Shown: in pieces, positions 44,679 to 54,343 of the stretch
How the letters are laid out: each line of letters opens with the position of its first letter
How positions within the stretch are numbered: the stretch's first letter is position 1
Assembly: GCA_964653575.1 (NCBI GenBank)
Contig: CAZZFP010000003.1
Span: forward strand, 5,898 to 69,897
Origin: an uncultured Lachnospiraceae bacterium
Lineage (GTDB): Bacteria; Bacillota; Clostridia; Oscillospirales; CAG-272
Direction of reading: 5' to 3'
DNA length: 64,000 nt
Made by a program: the position numbers and the translations under genes
The notes under the pieces: generated by a model
The model's input: only the letters and a program-made list of their open reading frames with translations
Databases searched by the model: none
Told to the model about the DNA's origin: nothing

Positions 44679-47018
44679 TTAATACGTTGTAATCGTGCCG
44701 TCGGTGCAGGTTATAGTGTGTGGACCAGAGCAATAAGTCCAACCGCTGTCTTTGTTTATTGCATTCCATTGTTCTTGAGTGCCATTGAAATTGATGATTC
44801 TTAAATCAGTACAAGCATCGAATGTGTATGGTCCAAATCTTTTGATGCTATTCGGAATTGTTATGCTTTTCAATCTTTTGCAATTATAGAATGCATGACT
44901 GGCAATACATACCGTTCCAACTTTTACAATATAAACTTCATTAATCTCCTGTTTGGCTTCAATCAAATGATTTCCAATGTACAATACATTATTTTCCCAA
45001 TTATCGTTATTGTAGTAATATGCAGTATAACTGAACGCAGAACTGCCTATACTTGTTACACTATTTGGTATCGTGATGCTCGTAAGGCTTGAGCATCTGT
45101 TGAAGGCGGAATAGCCTATGCTTGTTACGCTGTCTGGTATTGTGACGCTCGTAAGGCTTGTGCAACCGAAAAACGCACTACTGCCTATGCTCGTCACGCT
45201 GTTGCCTATCGTAATACTCGTAAGGCTCGTGCAATTCAAAAACGCAAGCTCACCTATGCTCGTCACGCTATCCGGAATCGTAATGCTCGTAAGGCTTGTG
45301 CAACCTTCGAACGCAGAATTACCTATGCTCGCCATGCTGTTGCCAATTGTTACACTCGCAAGGCTCGTGCAATTCAAAAACGCACACTTACCTATGCTCG
45401 TCACGCTATTTGGTATCGCTATGTTAGCAAGTTTCGAGCACTTCTCAAACGCAAAGCTATCTATGCTCGTCACGCTACTCGGGATAGTGATGCTTATTAA
45501 ATTACTATATCTGCTGAAAGCATCATAACCTATACTTGTCACTGGTTTCCCAGCATAAGTGGCGGGAATTATTATATCCGTATCTTTGCATGTGCCTTTG
45601 CCCGCCACGCAGTAACTTTCGCCGTCGGCATTTAAAGTGAATTTCAAGCCTTCGCTCGTTTTTTTGCCAAGATCTATACCGCAAACGTCACACTTGCCGT
45701 CACCGTTGGTATCGCTGCATTCGCTCAGAATTTTGCCGCAGGTGTCACATTTATGGTTTTTATCACTGTCTGCACAGGTACTCAAAGTCTCGCCGCAGGT
45801 ATCACATTTATGGTCTTTATCACTGTCTGCACAGGTACTCAAAGTCTCACCGCAGGTATCACATTTATGGTCTTTATTGTTGTCGGCACAAGTACTCAAA
45901 ACCGCGTTGCAGGTATCGCACTTGTGATCCTTATTGTTGTCGGCGCAGGTATGACCATCGGTCGCGCCGCATTTGCACACGCCGTTTATAAAGTTGTGAC
46001 TGTGTTGAGATATTACACCGTCGGTACCAAGCTCGTAATACTGTCCGTTTACATTCGCATAACCGGATTTTTGCACCACGTTGCCGACAACATAGTACTG
46101 CTTTTGACCGACAGTAACGATGACTTTATCTAAAACACTATCGACCAAAATGCCGTTGTTACCGAAATCATAAACTTTGCCGTCGATGATATAATAGTTT
46201 TTGATAATGATGTTGCTTACGATGTAGTAGGTATTGCCTTTATATGTGAGAAATCCGTCAGACAGCTTTTGACGTTTGCCGTCTTTGAACGAATAGGCGT
46301 TTTCTCCGTCAAGATATGTGCCGGAGTATGGGCTCTGTACCTTAGAATTGCAAGTCGAACATACAATTTCAACAGTTGCCGTATTTCCGTCCACCGAAAT
46401 GGTTGGTATGCCGTCATTAGATCCATCTGAAACGTGGTTCTTCTTTGCAATGCTTTCCGTTTGCTTTTGTCCGCAGGAACAAACACGCTCTTTCGTTCCC
46501 GTTTCCTTGCAGGTAGAATCTTTTACGATTTTCCACTCGCCAAAACTATGTATATGAGGCTCGGTCTCTGCCGGCTTTGTTGCCGGTTCCGTAGGTTCCG
46601 GTTCTGTCGGCTTTGTTGTCGATTCAGTGGGCTCGGGCTCTTTTGTTCCGGGTTCTGTCGGTTTTGTTGTTGACTCCGTAGGTTCGGACTCTTTGGTTCC
46701 GGGTTCTGTTGGCTTTGTTGTTGACTCCGCAGGCTCGGACTCTTTGGTTCCGGGTTCTGTTGGCTTTGTCGTTGATTCCGTAGGTTCGGGAGTTTCTGCC
46801 GTGCCGGCGTCTGTACAGTCGGATTCTAATCTTGAGGTCGTGCTTTCTGTCGATTTAGAGTCATCTTTTTCGAAAGTTGTGCTCTCGTTAGGTTTATTTG
46901 TCGTCTCCTCGCCATTCGGAGTATCGTTGCTCCGACTCAGGACTACTCCCAAAACTACCGCAACGGCTGCAAAAAGACAAATCAATACCACAAGTATCAA
47001 TACTTTTTTCTTATTCAT
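44679..47018 (-). CDS. Cell-surface protein with five modules: signal anchor, T/P/E-rich linker, cell-wall-binding-like repeats, Cys/Asp-rich repeats, BspA-type leucine-rich repeats
   Basis: The 779-aa product starts with an N-terminal TM segment (MNKKKVLILVVLICLFAAVAVVLGVVL). Next come ESTTKPTEPGTKESEPx repeats, YY/G-rich CW-binding-like repeats (NVNGQYYELGTDGVIS) and five copies of CADxxKDHKCDTCG-type units. The C-terminal part holds at least seven 23-aa units of the form IPxSVTSIGxxAFxxCxSLTSITI. Confidence 0.85.
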   Translation of the reverse strand: MNKKKVLILVVLICLFAAVAVVLGVVLSRSNDTPNGEETTNKPNESTTFEKDDSKSTESTTSRLESDCTDAGTAETPEPTESTTKPTEPGTKESEPAESTTKPTEPGTKESEPTESTTKPTEPGTKEPEPTESTTKPTEPEPTEPATKPAETEPHIHSFGEWKIVKDSTCKETGTKERVCSCGQKQTESIAKKNHVSDGSNDGIPTISVDGNTATVEIVCSTCNSKVQSPYSGTYLDGENAYSFKDGKRQKLSDGFLTYKGNTYYIVSNIIIKNYYIIDGKVYDFGNNGILVDSVLDKVIVTVGQKQYYVVGNVVQKSGYANVNGQYYELGTDGVISQHSHNFINGVCKCGATDGHTCADNNKDHKCDTCNAVLSTCADNNKDHKCDTCGETLSTCADSDKDHKCDTCGETLSTCADSDKNHKCDTCGKILSECSDTNGDGKCDVCGIDLGKKTSEGLKFTLNADGESYCVAGKGTCKDTDIIIPATYAGKPVTSIGYDAFSRYSNLISITIPSSVTSIDSFAFEKCSKLANIAIPNSVTSIGKCAFLNCTSLASVTIGNSMASIGNSAFEGCTSLTSITIPDSVTSIGELAFLNCTSLTSITIGNSVTSIGSSAFFGCTSLTSVTIPDSVTSIGYSAFNRCSSLTSITIPNSVTSIGSSAFSYTAYYYNNDNWENNVLYIGNHLIEAKQEINEVYIVKVGTVCIASHAFYNCKRLKSITIPNSIKRFGPYTFDACTDLRIINFNGTQEQWNAINKDSGWTYCSGPHTITCTDGTITTY
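45024..45554 (-). repeat. 69-bp (23-aa) tandem coding repeats encoding BspA/TpLRR-type LRRs
   Basis: The periodicity is visible in the protein and in the antisense ORF 45118..45528, which reads LVTL.GIV.LVRLVQ repeats. Confidence 0.8.
45663..45947 (-). repeat. 57-bp (19-aa) tandem coding repeats encoding Cys/Asp-rich units
   Basis: There are five units: CADNNKDHKCDTCNAVLST, CADNNKDHKCDTCGETLST, CADSDKDHKCDTCGETLST, CADSDKNHKCDTCGKILSE and CSDTNGDGKCDVCG. The middle DNA units are nearly identical. Confidence 0.8.
46557..46793 (-). repeat. 51-bp (17-aa) tandem coding repeats encoding a Thr/Pro/Glu-rich linker
   Basis: ESTTKPTEPGTKESEP(A/T) occurs three times, followed by a degenerate copy. 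The DNA repeats are near-perfect. Confidence 0.8.
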
Positions 47019-47098
47019 AGTTAAAAATTCCTTTCAAGCTTTTGGGTGCATTTTAAACGATCACGGTCGGTCCGCACCTTATAACGCCGACACATATT
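46899..47098 (-). repeat. Copy A of a 200-bp dispersed direct repeat (80 bp of upstream leader plus the first 40 codons)
   Basis: It matches 48277-48476 at a constant offset of 1378 bp, with a single mismatch (46905 against 48283) by manual alignment. Confidence 0.9.
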
Positions 47099-47127
47099 CT
47101 AAGGTAGATGCTGAATTTTGCTCTTTG

Positions 47128-48396
47128 TTATGAGTATACGTCACCGTCGGTACAGTGAATTGGGAATGAGAAGCAATGCTGACACCAACCTCGCGCTGTT
47201 ATTTTATCCCATTGTGCCCTCGTACCGTCGAAAGTGATACCGGTAAGCTTTTGACAATCGGAGAACGCAGCAAATTCAATGCTTGTTACACTGCTTGGAA
47301 TTATAACGCTCGTCAGGTTTGTGCAATAGACGAACGCACAAGTGGCTATACCTTTTATACCGTTAGATATTGTTATACTCCTAAGATTTGTGCAATCGTC
47401 GAACACGCCATATCCTATGCTCGTTACGGGCTTACCATTATACTCTGATGGGATCACGATATCTGTGTTCTTGCAAGTGCCGATACCGGATACGTAATAA
47501 CTTTTGCCGTCAGTGTTTAAAGTGAACGCCAGCCCTTCACTCGGCTTTTTGACAAAAGTTGCACCGCAAACGTCACATTTGCCGTCACCGTTGATATCGC
47601 TGCATTCGCTAATAACTTTGCCACAAACATCGCACTTGTGATCCTTATTGTTGTCAGCACAGGTATGACCGTTGGTTGCGCCGCATTTGCACACGCCGTT
47701 CACAAAGCTGTGACTGTGTTGAGATATCGCGCCGTCGGTACCGAGCTCGTAATACTGTCCGTTCACATTCGCATAACCGGATTTTTGCACCACGTTGCCG
47801 ACAACATAGTACTGCTTTTGACCGACAGTAACGATAACTTTATCCAAAACGCTGTCAACCATAATGCCGTCATTGCCGAAGTTGTAAACCTTTCCGTCGA
47901 TGATGTAGTAGTTCTTGACGATCTTATCGCTTACAATGTAATATGTATTGCCCTTGTACGTAAGAAATTCGTCCGATATATATTGACGTTTCCCGTCTTT
48001 GAATGAATATGCGTCTTCTCCGTCAAGATATGCGCCGGAGTATTCTATCTCTGCCTGATTGCCGCAAACAGAGCAGGTGCCGCTGATGGTTGCCGTATCG
48101 CCGTCCTCCGAAATGGTCGGTACGTCGTTGTCTAAAACGTGATCCTTCATCGGTATAGACTCCGCTTTCTTTTTGCCGCAAACGCAAACGCATTCATTCA
48201 TTCCCGTTTCCGTACAGGTTGCGTCCTTGACGATTTGCCACTCGCCAAACTCATGGGTATGATGTCCGGTCGTATCTGTCGTTTCCTCGCCATTCGGAGT
48301 ATCGTTGCTCCGACTCAGGACTACTCCCAAAACTACCGCAACGGCTGCAAAAAGACAAATCAATACCACAAGTATCAATACTTTTTTCTTATTCAT
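47128..48396 (-). CDS. Paralogous cell-surface protein (signal anchor, CW-binding-like repeats, two Cys/Asp units, about three LRR units)
   Basis: The 422-aa product shares its first 40 aa exactly with the upstream paralog. The central roughly 120-aa block is very similar (VDSVLDKVIVTVGQKQYYVVGNVVQKSGYANVNGQYYELGTDG is identical). It lacks the T/P/E linker. Confidence 0.85.
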   Translation of the reverse strand: MNKKKVLILVVLICLFAAVAVVLGVVLSRSNDTPNGEETTDTTGHHTHEFGEWQIVKDATCTETGMNECVCVCGKKKAESIPMKDHVLDNDVPTISEDGDTATISGTCSVCGNQAEIEYSGAYLDGEDAYSFKDGKRQYISDEFLTYKGNTYYIVSDKIVKNYYIIDGKVYNFGNDGIMVDSVLDKVIVTVGQKQYYVVGNVVQKSGYANVNGQYYELGTDGAISQHSHSFVNGVCKCGATNGHTCADNNKDHKCDVCGKVISECSDINGDGKCDVCGATFVKKPSEGLAFTLNTDGKSYYVSGIGTCKNTDIVIPSEYNGKPVTSIGYGVFDDCTNLRSITISNGIKGIATCAFVYCTNLTSVIIPSSVTSIEFAAFSDCQKLTGITFDGTRAQWDKITARGWCQHCFSFPIHCTDGDVYS

Positions 48397-48476
48397 AGTT
48401 AAAAATTCCTTTCAAGCTTTTGGGTGCATTTTAAACGATCACGGTCGGTCCGCACCTTATAACGCCGACACATATT
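48277..48476 (-). repeat. Copy B of the 200-bp dispersed direct repeat
   Basis: See copy A at 46899-47098. Confidence 0.9.
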
Positions 48477-48723
48477 GTAGCACTTTGTGTTCGACTTGTC
48501 AAGCCGTTTTTGCGCCTTTTAAAATTCGCATATCTCGGTCGGATCAGCCGATTATCCGGCAAGGACTGTACTGTGTGTGAAATATACGGATATCGATCTG
48601 CAAGCCCTTAAGGAGCTTTCAAATCGAGAGGATGTGATGTACATCAGTATATCCGAGCCGCTGACGGCGATAGACGCCGAGCAAATTCCCGCCGTCGAGG
48701 GATAAAAGCAAATAAAAGCAATT

Positions 48724-48762
48724 TAAAAAACGGGGCTGACGCATTTATTTGCGGCAGTCCCG
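48724..48762 (-). terminator. Rho-independent terminator of ldh
   Basis: On the minus strand a 13-bp stem pairs cgggactgccgca with tgcgtcagccccg and is followed by TTTTTT. Confidence 0.7.
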
Positions 48763-48785
48763 CTTTAATGTGGTAGCTGCTGTGA

Positions 48786-49778
48786 CTATACTTCAATTTT
48801 ACCGTAGCCGACGGAGTGTATAAGCTCCTTCAGCCTTTGTGCGGAGTGCTGAAGCATCTTATTTTCCTCTTCGTCGAGCGGAATGTCAAGTACTTTGTGT
48901 ATACCACCCGCGCCTACTATGCAGGGAACGCCGAGGCATACATCTGTCAAGCCGTAATGCCCGTCCACCAGAGCGGACACGGGAAGCACTGTGTTCTCGT
49001 CACGCACTATGGCGGAGACTATCCGTCGCACTGCTTCGGCTATGGCGTAATTTGTGACACCCTTAGCTTCTATGATTTTATAGGCGCTGTTCCTTACATC
49101 ATCGAACAGCATACGGAGTGTGCGTTGAGAGCAATCCGCACAGGTCGTTTCACAAAATTCGTTAAGGTCTATTCCCGAGATATTTGCACTGCTCCATACT
49201 GCCACCTCACTGTCACCGTGCTCGCCTAAAATAAAGCTGTGTACATTTCGCGAATCGACTCCGAGGTGCTCGCCGACAAGCTGTTTGAGCCTTGCGGTAT
49301 CGAGCACGGTTCCCGAGCCTATGACGCGCTCTTTTGGAAACCCGGATATTTTAAGAGTTACGTACGTCAAAACATCTACGGGGTTGGTCACGACGATTAA
49401 AACGGCATCTTTGTTGTATTTTGTTATTTTGGAAACTATGGATCCGAATATCTCGACATTTGTCTTTACGAGCTCGGTGCGAGTTTGCCCGGGACGCTGA
49501 TTTGCACCTGCAGTTATAATGATAATTCCCGCATCCTTAAGGTCGCAATAATCTCCCGCATATATATTCATCGGGGAAACGAAGGGAAGTGCCTGCGCCA
49601 TATCCATAGCCTCACCCTCGGCTTTCTTTTTGTCGATATCTATCAGTACCATATCGGTAAAAAGTCGGCTCTGCAAAAGTGTATATGCCGTCGTGGCTCC
49701 GACGAATCCGCAACCTATTATAGCACATTTTCTTTTGCCGAGACTTCCGTTTTCACAGTAAAATTCATTTTCTTTCAT
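48786..49778 (-). CDS. ldh: L-lactate dehydrogenase
   Basis: It has IIGCGFVGATTAY (NAD binding), ITAGANQRPGQTR, the motif GEHGDSEV, and the motif DTARL. I prefer the second ATG (MKENEF) at 49778, 6 nt after GGAGAGG. Confidence 0.93.
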   Translation of the reverse strand: MKENEFYCENGSLGKRKCAIIGCGFVGATTAYTLLQSRLFTDMVLIDIDKKKAEGEAMDMAQALPFVSPMNIYAGDYCDLKDAGIIIITAGANQRPGQTRTELVKTNVEIFGSIVSKITKYNKDAVLIVVTNPVDVLTYVTLKISGFPKERVIGSGTVLDTARLKQLVGEHLGVDSRNVHSFILGEHGDSEVAVWSSANISGIDLNEFCETTCADCSQRTLRMLFDDVRNSAYKIIEAKGVTNYAIAEAVRRIVSAIVRDENTVLPVSALVDGHYGLTDVCLGVPCIVGAGGIHKVLDIPLDEEENKMLQHSAQRLKELIHSVGYGKIEV

Positions 49779-49800
49779 AAGCCTCTCCATAAATAAAAAT

Positions 49801-49838
49801 ATAGATGAGAAAAATTCCTCATCTATATTTTGCTTAAT
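49801..49838 (-). terminator. glpK terminator hairpin, immediately upstream of the ldh RBS
   Basis: An 11-bp stem pairs atatagatgag with ctcatctatat. On the minus strand it is followed by TTTTTATTT. Confidence 0.6.
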
Positions 49839-49891
49839 ATTATTCGGTTTTAATCATTTTTTAATACGACCATCTGGCAATATATATGACC

Positions 49892-51409
<1,518 letters not shown>

Positions 51410-51417
51410 TCAAGTAT

Positions 51418-51446
51418 ATTCTATATTATTTTAGTGAAAAAATCAA
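51418..51446 (-). promoter_or_regulatory. Putative sigma-A promoter of glpK (TTGATT-N17-TAGAAT)
   Basis: Hexamers and the 17-nt spacer were read on the minus strand. It sits between the KH-gene terminator and glpK. Confidence 0.45.
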
Positions 51447-51455
51447 TAGGATATA

Positions 51456-51500
51456 GAAAAAAGACCGTAAATCTTGTCAAAATGCAAGCCTTTACGATCT
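51456..51500 (-). terminator. Rho-independent terminator of the rpsP-KH unit
   Basis: On the minus strand a 10-bp stem pairs agatcgtaaa with tttacggtct (one G-U pair), followed by TTTTTT. The same position is a C-A mismatch on the plus strand, which supports minus-strand function. Confidence 0.7.
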
Positions 51501-51542
51501 TTTTGTCCGCATATGAAACTAAGTTAAATTAAGCCAAAGCCG

Positions 51543-51785
51543 TTATCTTATCTCGACGTTCACTTTTTTGCCCGTTCCGCTTGCTGCGGCTTTGATAACG
51601 GTGCGGATCGCCTTGGCGATTCTGCCGTGTCTGCCGATAACCATACCCATATCGTCTGAAGCTACGCTTAAAACCAATGTGATGCTATCGTCGTCTTCTG
51701 TTTGCACAACAGTTACCTCGTCGGGAGTGTCAACGATAGATCTTGCGATATCGAGCAGAGTATCCTTTAAATTTACCATTTCCAC
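51543..51785 (-). CDS. KH-domain RNA-binding protein (YlqC-like)
   Basis: It is an 80-aa protein with the KH motif VIGRHGRIAKAIRTV. It lies downstream of rpsP as in other Firmicutes. Confidence 0.85.
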   Translation of the reverse strand: MEMVNLKDTLLDIARSIVDTPDEVTVVQTEDDDSITLVLSVASDDMGMVIGRHGRIAKAIRTVIKAAASGTGKKVNVEIR

Positions 51786-51797
51786 CTACCAAAGAAA

Positions 51798-52043
51798 TTA
51801 GTCGATGATACCTGACTTTTTGAGAAGAGCTTTAACTGTCTCTGTGGGCTGAGCACCGTTGGAGATCCAAGTCTTAGCCTTTTCAGCGTCGATCTTTACC
51901 TCAGCGGGATTTGTGAGGGGATTGAATGTTCCGATCTCTTCGATGAAACGACCGTCGCGGGGCGAGCGGCTGTCTGCAACGATTACGCGGTAAAAGGGTG
52001 CTTTCTTTGAACCCATTCTTCTGAGTCTGATTTTAACTGCCAT
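51798..52043 (-). CDS. rpsP: 30S ribosomal protein S16
   Basis: It reads [35 protein letters not shown]. Confidence 0.95.
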   Translation of the reverse strand: MAVKIRLRRMGSKKAPFYRVIVADSRSPRDGRFIEEIGTFNPLTNPAEVKIDAEKAKTWISNGAQPTETVKALLKKSGIID

Positions 52044-52167
52044 AGTTATTTTCCTCCGAAAATTTATATTATTTTTTATTTAAAATCCGTAGAATCTGAA
52101 TAAACGGACTTCTGTCGATTCTATGTGCGCTTACGAGCGCGTGTGTGTTTTATATTATTAAGATCTT

Positions 52168-53568
52168 TTAACGCTTCTTTTTGTGCTTTTTCTTTGTGGC
52201 GCTTCGCGATTTGCCGCCAAGTCCCATTCCGTTCATACCGAAGCCGCCGAAATGCTTTGCGCCGCCGCTTGAAAATTTCTTCATAAGCTGCTTTACTTGG
52301 TCAAACTGACGGAGAAGGGCATTGACCTCTTCAACGGAAGTTCCCGAGCCCAGTGCCACACGCTTTTTTCTTGAGGCATTCAGCAACTCCGGGTGCTCGC
52401 GTTCTCTCGGTGTCATCGAGAGAATGATCGCCTCGGTGCGCCCGATCGCTTTTTCGTCTATTTGAGCGTCGCGCATCTTGCCCGAGTTGATCCCCGGCAT
52501 ATTCGGCATCATAGCCATTATCTGTTCCATACTTCCCATATTCTTGATCTGTTGGAACTGCATAAGGTAATCATCAAGCGTGAACGAGGCTTCTCTGAGC
52601 TTCTTTTCAAGCTCTGCCGCTTGTTTTTCGTCAAAAGCTTGCTCGGCTTTTTCAATAAGGGAGAGCACGTCGCCCATACCGAGTATTCTTGACGCCATTC
52701 TGTCGGGATGGAACGGTTCGATCATATCGAGCTTTTCGCCCGTACCGATGAACTTTATCGGCTTGCCGGTGATATATTTGATCGAAAGTGCCGCACCGCC
52801 TCGTGTGTCGCCGTCGAGCTTTGTCAAAATCACGCCTGTAATGTCAAGCTGGTCGTTGAAGGTACTTGCTACCGTTACCGCGTCCTGACCTATCATAGCA
52901 TCCACGGTCAGAAGTATCTCTGCGGGATCGACTTCCTTTTTTATCGAACGAAGCTCATCCATAAGTTCTTCGTCAATATGAAGACGTCCGGCGGTATCGA
53001 TAAAGACCATATCGTAGCCCTTGAGATTTGCAAACTTTACGCCTTCTTTTGCAATCTTAACGGGGGATACCTTGTCTCCCATTGAAAAAACGGGAATGTC
53101 AAGCTTTTCGCCGAGGATCTCAAGCTGCTTGATAGCGGCGGGACGGTAAACGTCGCAGGCAACAAGTAAGGGACGCTTGCCTTGCTTTTTGTACATACCC
53201 GCAAGCTTGCCCGCGTGCGTTGTTTTACCTGCGCCTTGAAGTCCGACCATCATAATGACCGTCGGCGGATTCGCTCTAATATTGAGCTTGCTTTGGCTTC
53301 CGCCCATAAGAGTGATGAGCTCTTCATTTACTATTTTAACTATCTGCTGACCCGGGTTCAGAGATTCGAGCACGGTGCTTCCGACGGCTCTTTCGGAGAC
53401 CGTCTTGACAAAATCTTTGACCACCTTGAAGTTTACGTCGGCTTCGAGCAACGCAAGCTTTATCTCACGCATACCTTCTTTTATGTCGGCTTCGGTCAGC
53501 TTACCCTTGCTTTTAAATTTCTTAAACGCATTGGCAAGCTTATCACTCAAGCTTTGAAATGTTGCCAT
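52168..53568 (-). CDS. ffh: Signal recognition particle protein Ffh
   Basis: It has an N domain, a G domain (GLQGAGKTT, DTAGRL, TKLDGD) and a Met-rich M domain. I chose the start MATFQSLSDKL at 53568, preceded by AGGAGG. Confidence 0.95.
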   Translation of the reverse strand: MATFQSLSDKLANAFKKFKSKGKLTEADIKEGMREIKLALLEADVNFKVVKDFVKTVSERAVGSTVLESLNPGQQIVKIVNEELITLMGGSQSKLNIRANPPTVIMMVGLQGAGKTTHAGKLAGMYKKQGKRPLLVACDVYRPAAIKQLEILGEKLDIPVFSMGDKVSPVKIAKEGVKFANLKGYDMVFIDTAGRLHIDEELMDELRSIKKEVDPAEILLTVDAMIGQDAVTVASTFNDQLDITGVILTKLDGDTRGGAALSIKYITGKPIKFIGTGEKLDMIEPFHPDRMASRILGMGDVLSLIEKAEQAFDEKQAAELEKKLREASFTLDDYLMQFQQIKNMGSMEQIMAMMPNMPGINSGKMRDAQIDEKAIGRTEAIILSMTPREREHPELLNASRKKRVALGSGTSVEEVNALLRQFDQVKQLMKKFSSGGAKHFGGFGMNGMGLGGKSRSATKKKHKKKR

Positions 53569-53601
53569 AACGTACCTCCTTTGTGAATTTTTGTATCGCA
53601 A

Positions 53602-53949
53602 TCAAGCTTTAAGAATAACCGTTATTTTTTCTATCTGTTGCTTGATTTCAGCGGGAATATTTATCGTGTCAAGCATATCCGCAAGTACGGTAATCTCCTT
53701 TTCGGTATCGGAGAATTTTTTTGCAAGTCCGAGCTTGCTCTCGTAAAAAACGAGTTCGTCTTGCGCTTTTTTTATCATATCTCTGACTCCTTGACGCGAG
53801 ATGCCGATCTCCGAGGCGATCTCCGCAAGAGAGAGATCCTCGTTGTAGTACATATCGAGTGCGAGTCGTTTTCTTTCAGTCAGAAGCTCGCCGTAAAAAT
53901 CAAGCAAAACTCCTATCATAAGATTTTTCTCGAACACAAAAATCTCCAT
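53602..53949 (-). CDS. ylxM: YlxM-like putative DNA-binding protein (UPF0122, sigma-70 region 4-like HTH)
   Basis: It reads LLDFYGELLTERKRLALDMYYNEDLSLAEIASEIGISRQGVRD and lies upstream of ffh. The start is ambiguous (ATG 53949 or TTG 53970); neither has an ideal RBS. Confidence 0.8.
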   Translation of the reverse strand: MEIFVFEKNLMIGVLLDFYGELLTERKRLALDMYYNEDLSLAEIASEIGISRQGVRDMIKKAQDELVFYESKLGLAKKFSDTEKEITVLADMLDTINIPAEIKQQIEKITVILKA

Positions 53950-54281
53950 TCTGTCGCCGCGGCGGTACAACTTCCTCGCGAAAAGTGCAGAGTCGCTCTA
54001 AATCGGAAGAAATGAAACCGTTTTGACGGCAATTTTAAGCTTGAAGCGGTTCAGGCTTAGAGTCATTACATCTGCGCTTTAAGATTGTATTATCAACAGT
54101 CATAAAGCCTGTAAAGCAAAACACTTTACACATTATACTATATAGAGGCGACTTTGTCAATAGGCAAAAACGAAAAAAATATATATTTTTTCGATTTTTC
54201 CATCGATATTGCAAGTTATTTGTTTTTTAGTGAAGACTATGTAAATTTGCAACATCCGAATTTGAAAATTTGAAAAAGCTA

Positions 54282-54310
54282 TTCCCAAAAACATTAAAAT
54301 GTGGTACAAT
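54282..54310 (+). promoter_or_regulatory. Putative promoter of dxs (TTCCCA-N17-TACAAT with TGg extended -10)
   Basis: Read directly from the sequence. The -35 is weak, but an extended -10 is present. Confidence 0.4.
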
Positions 54311-54343
54311 ACTGAGAGCGTGGAAGAAAGGAGGATCTGATTT

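Noticed and set aside
45000-46800. Regularly spaced repeats that could be mistaken for a CRISPR array or a non-coding satellite.
   Set aside because: The periods are 69, 57 and 51 bp, all multiples of 3, inside one long ORF. There are no unique spacers, so these are coding tandem repeats (LRR, Cys/Asp units and T/P/E linker).
46899-48476. The 200-bp duplicated segments read as ends of a mobile element.
   Set aside because: They are direct repeats that coincide exactly with the gene 5' ends. There is no transposase or integrase and no terminal inverted repeats or target-site duplications. This is a gene duplication rather than a transposon.
54311-54343. CTGAGAG immediately upstream of dxs, which encodes a TPP-dependent enzyme, suggested a TPP riboswitch.
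   Set aside because: The leader is only about 35 nt and lacks the other TPP-riboswitch elements. The match is coincidental.
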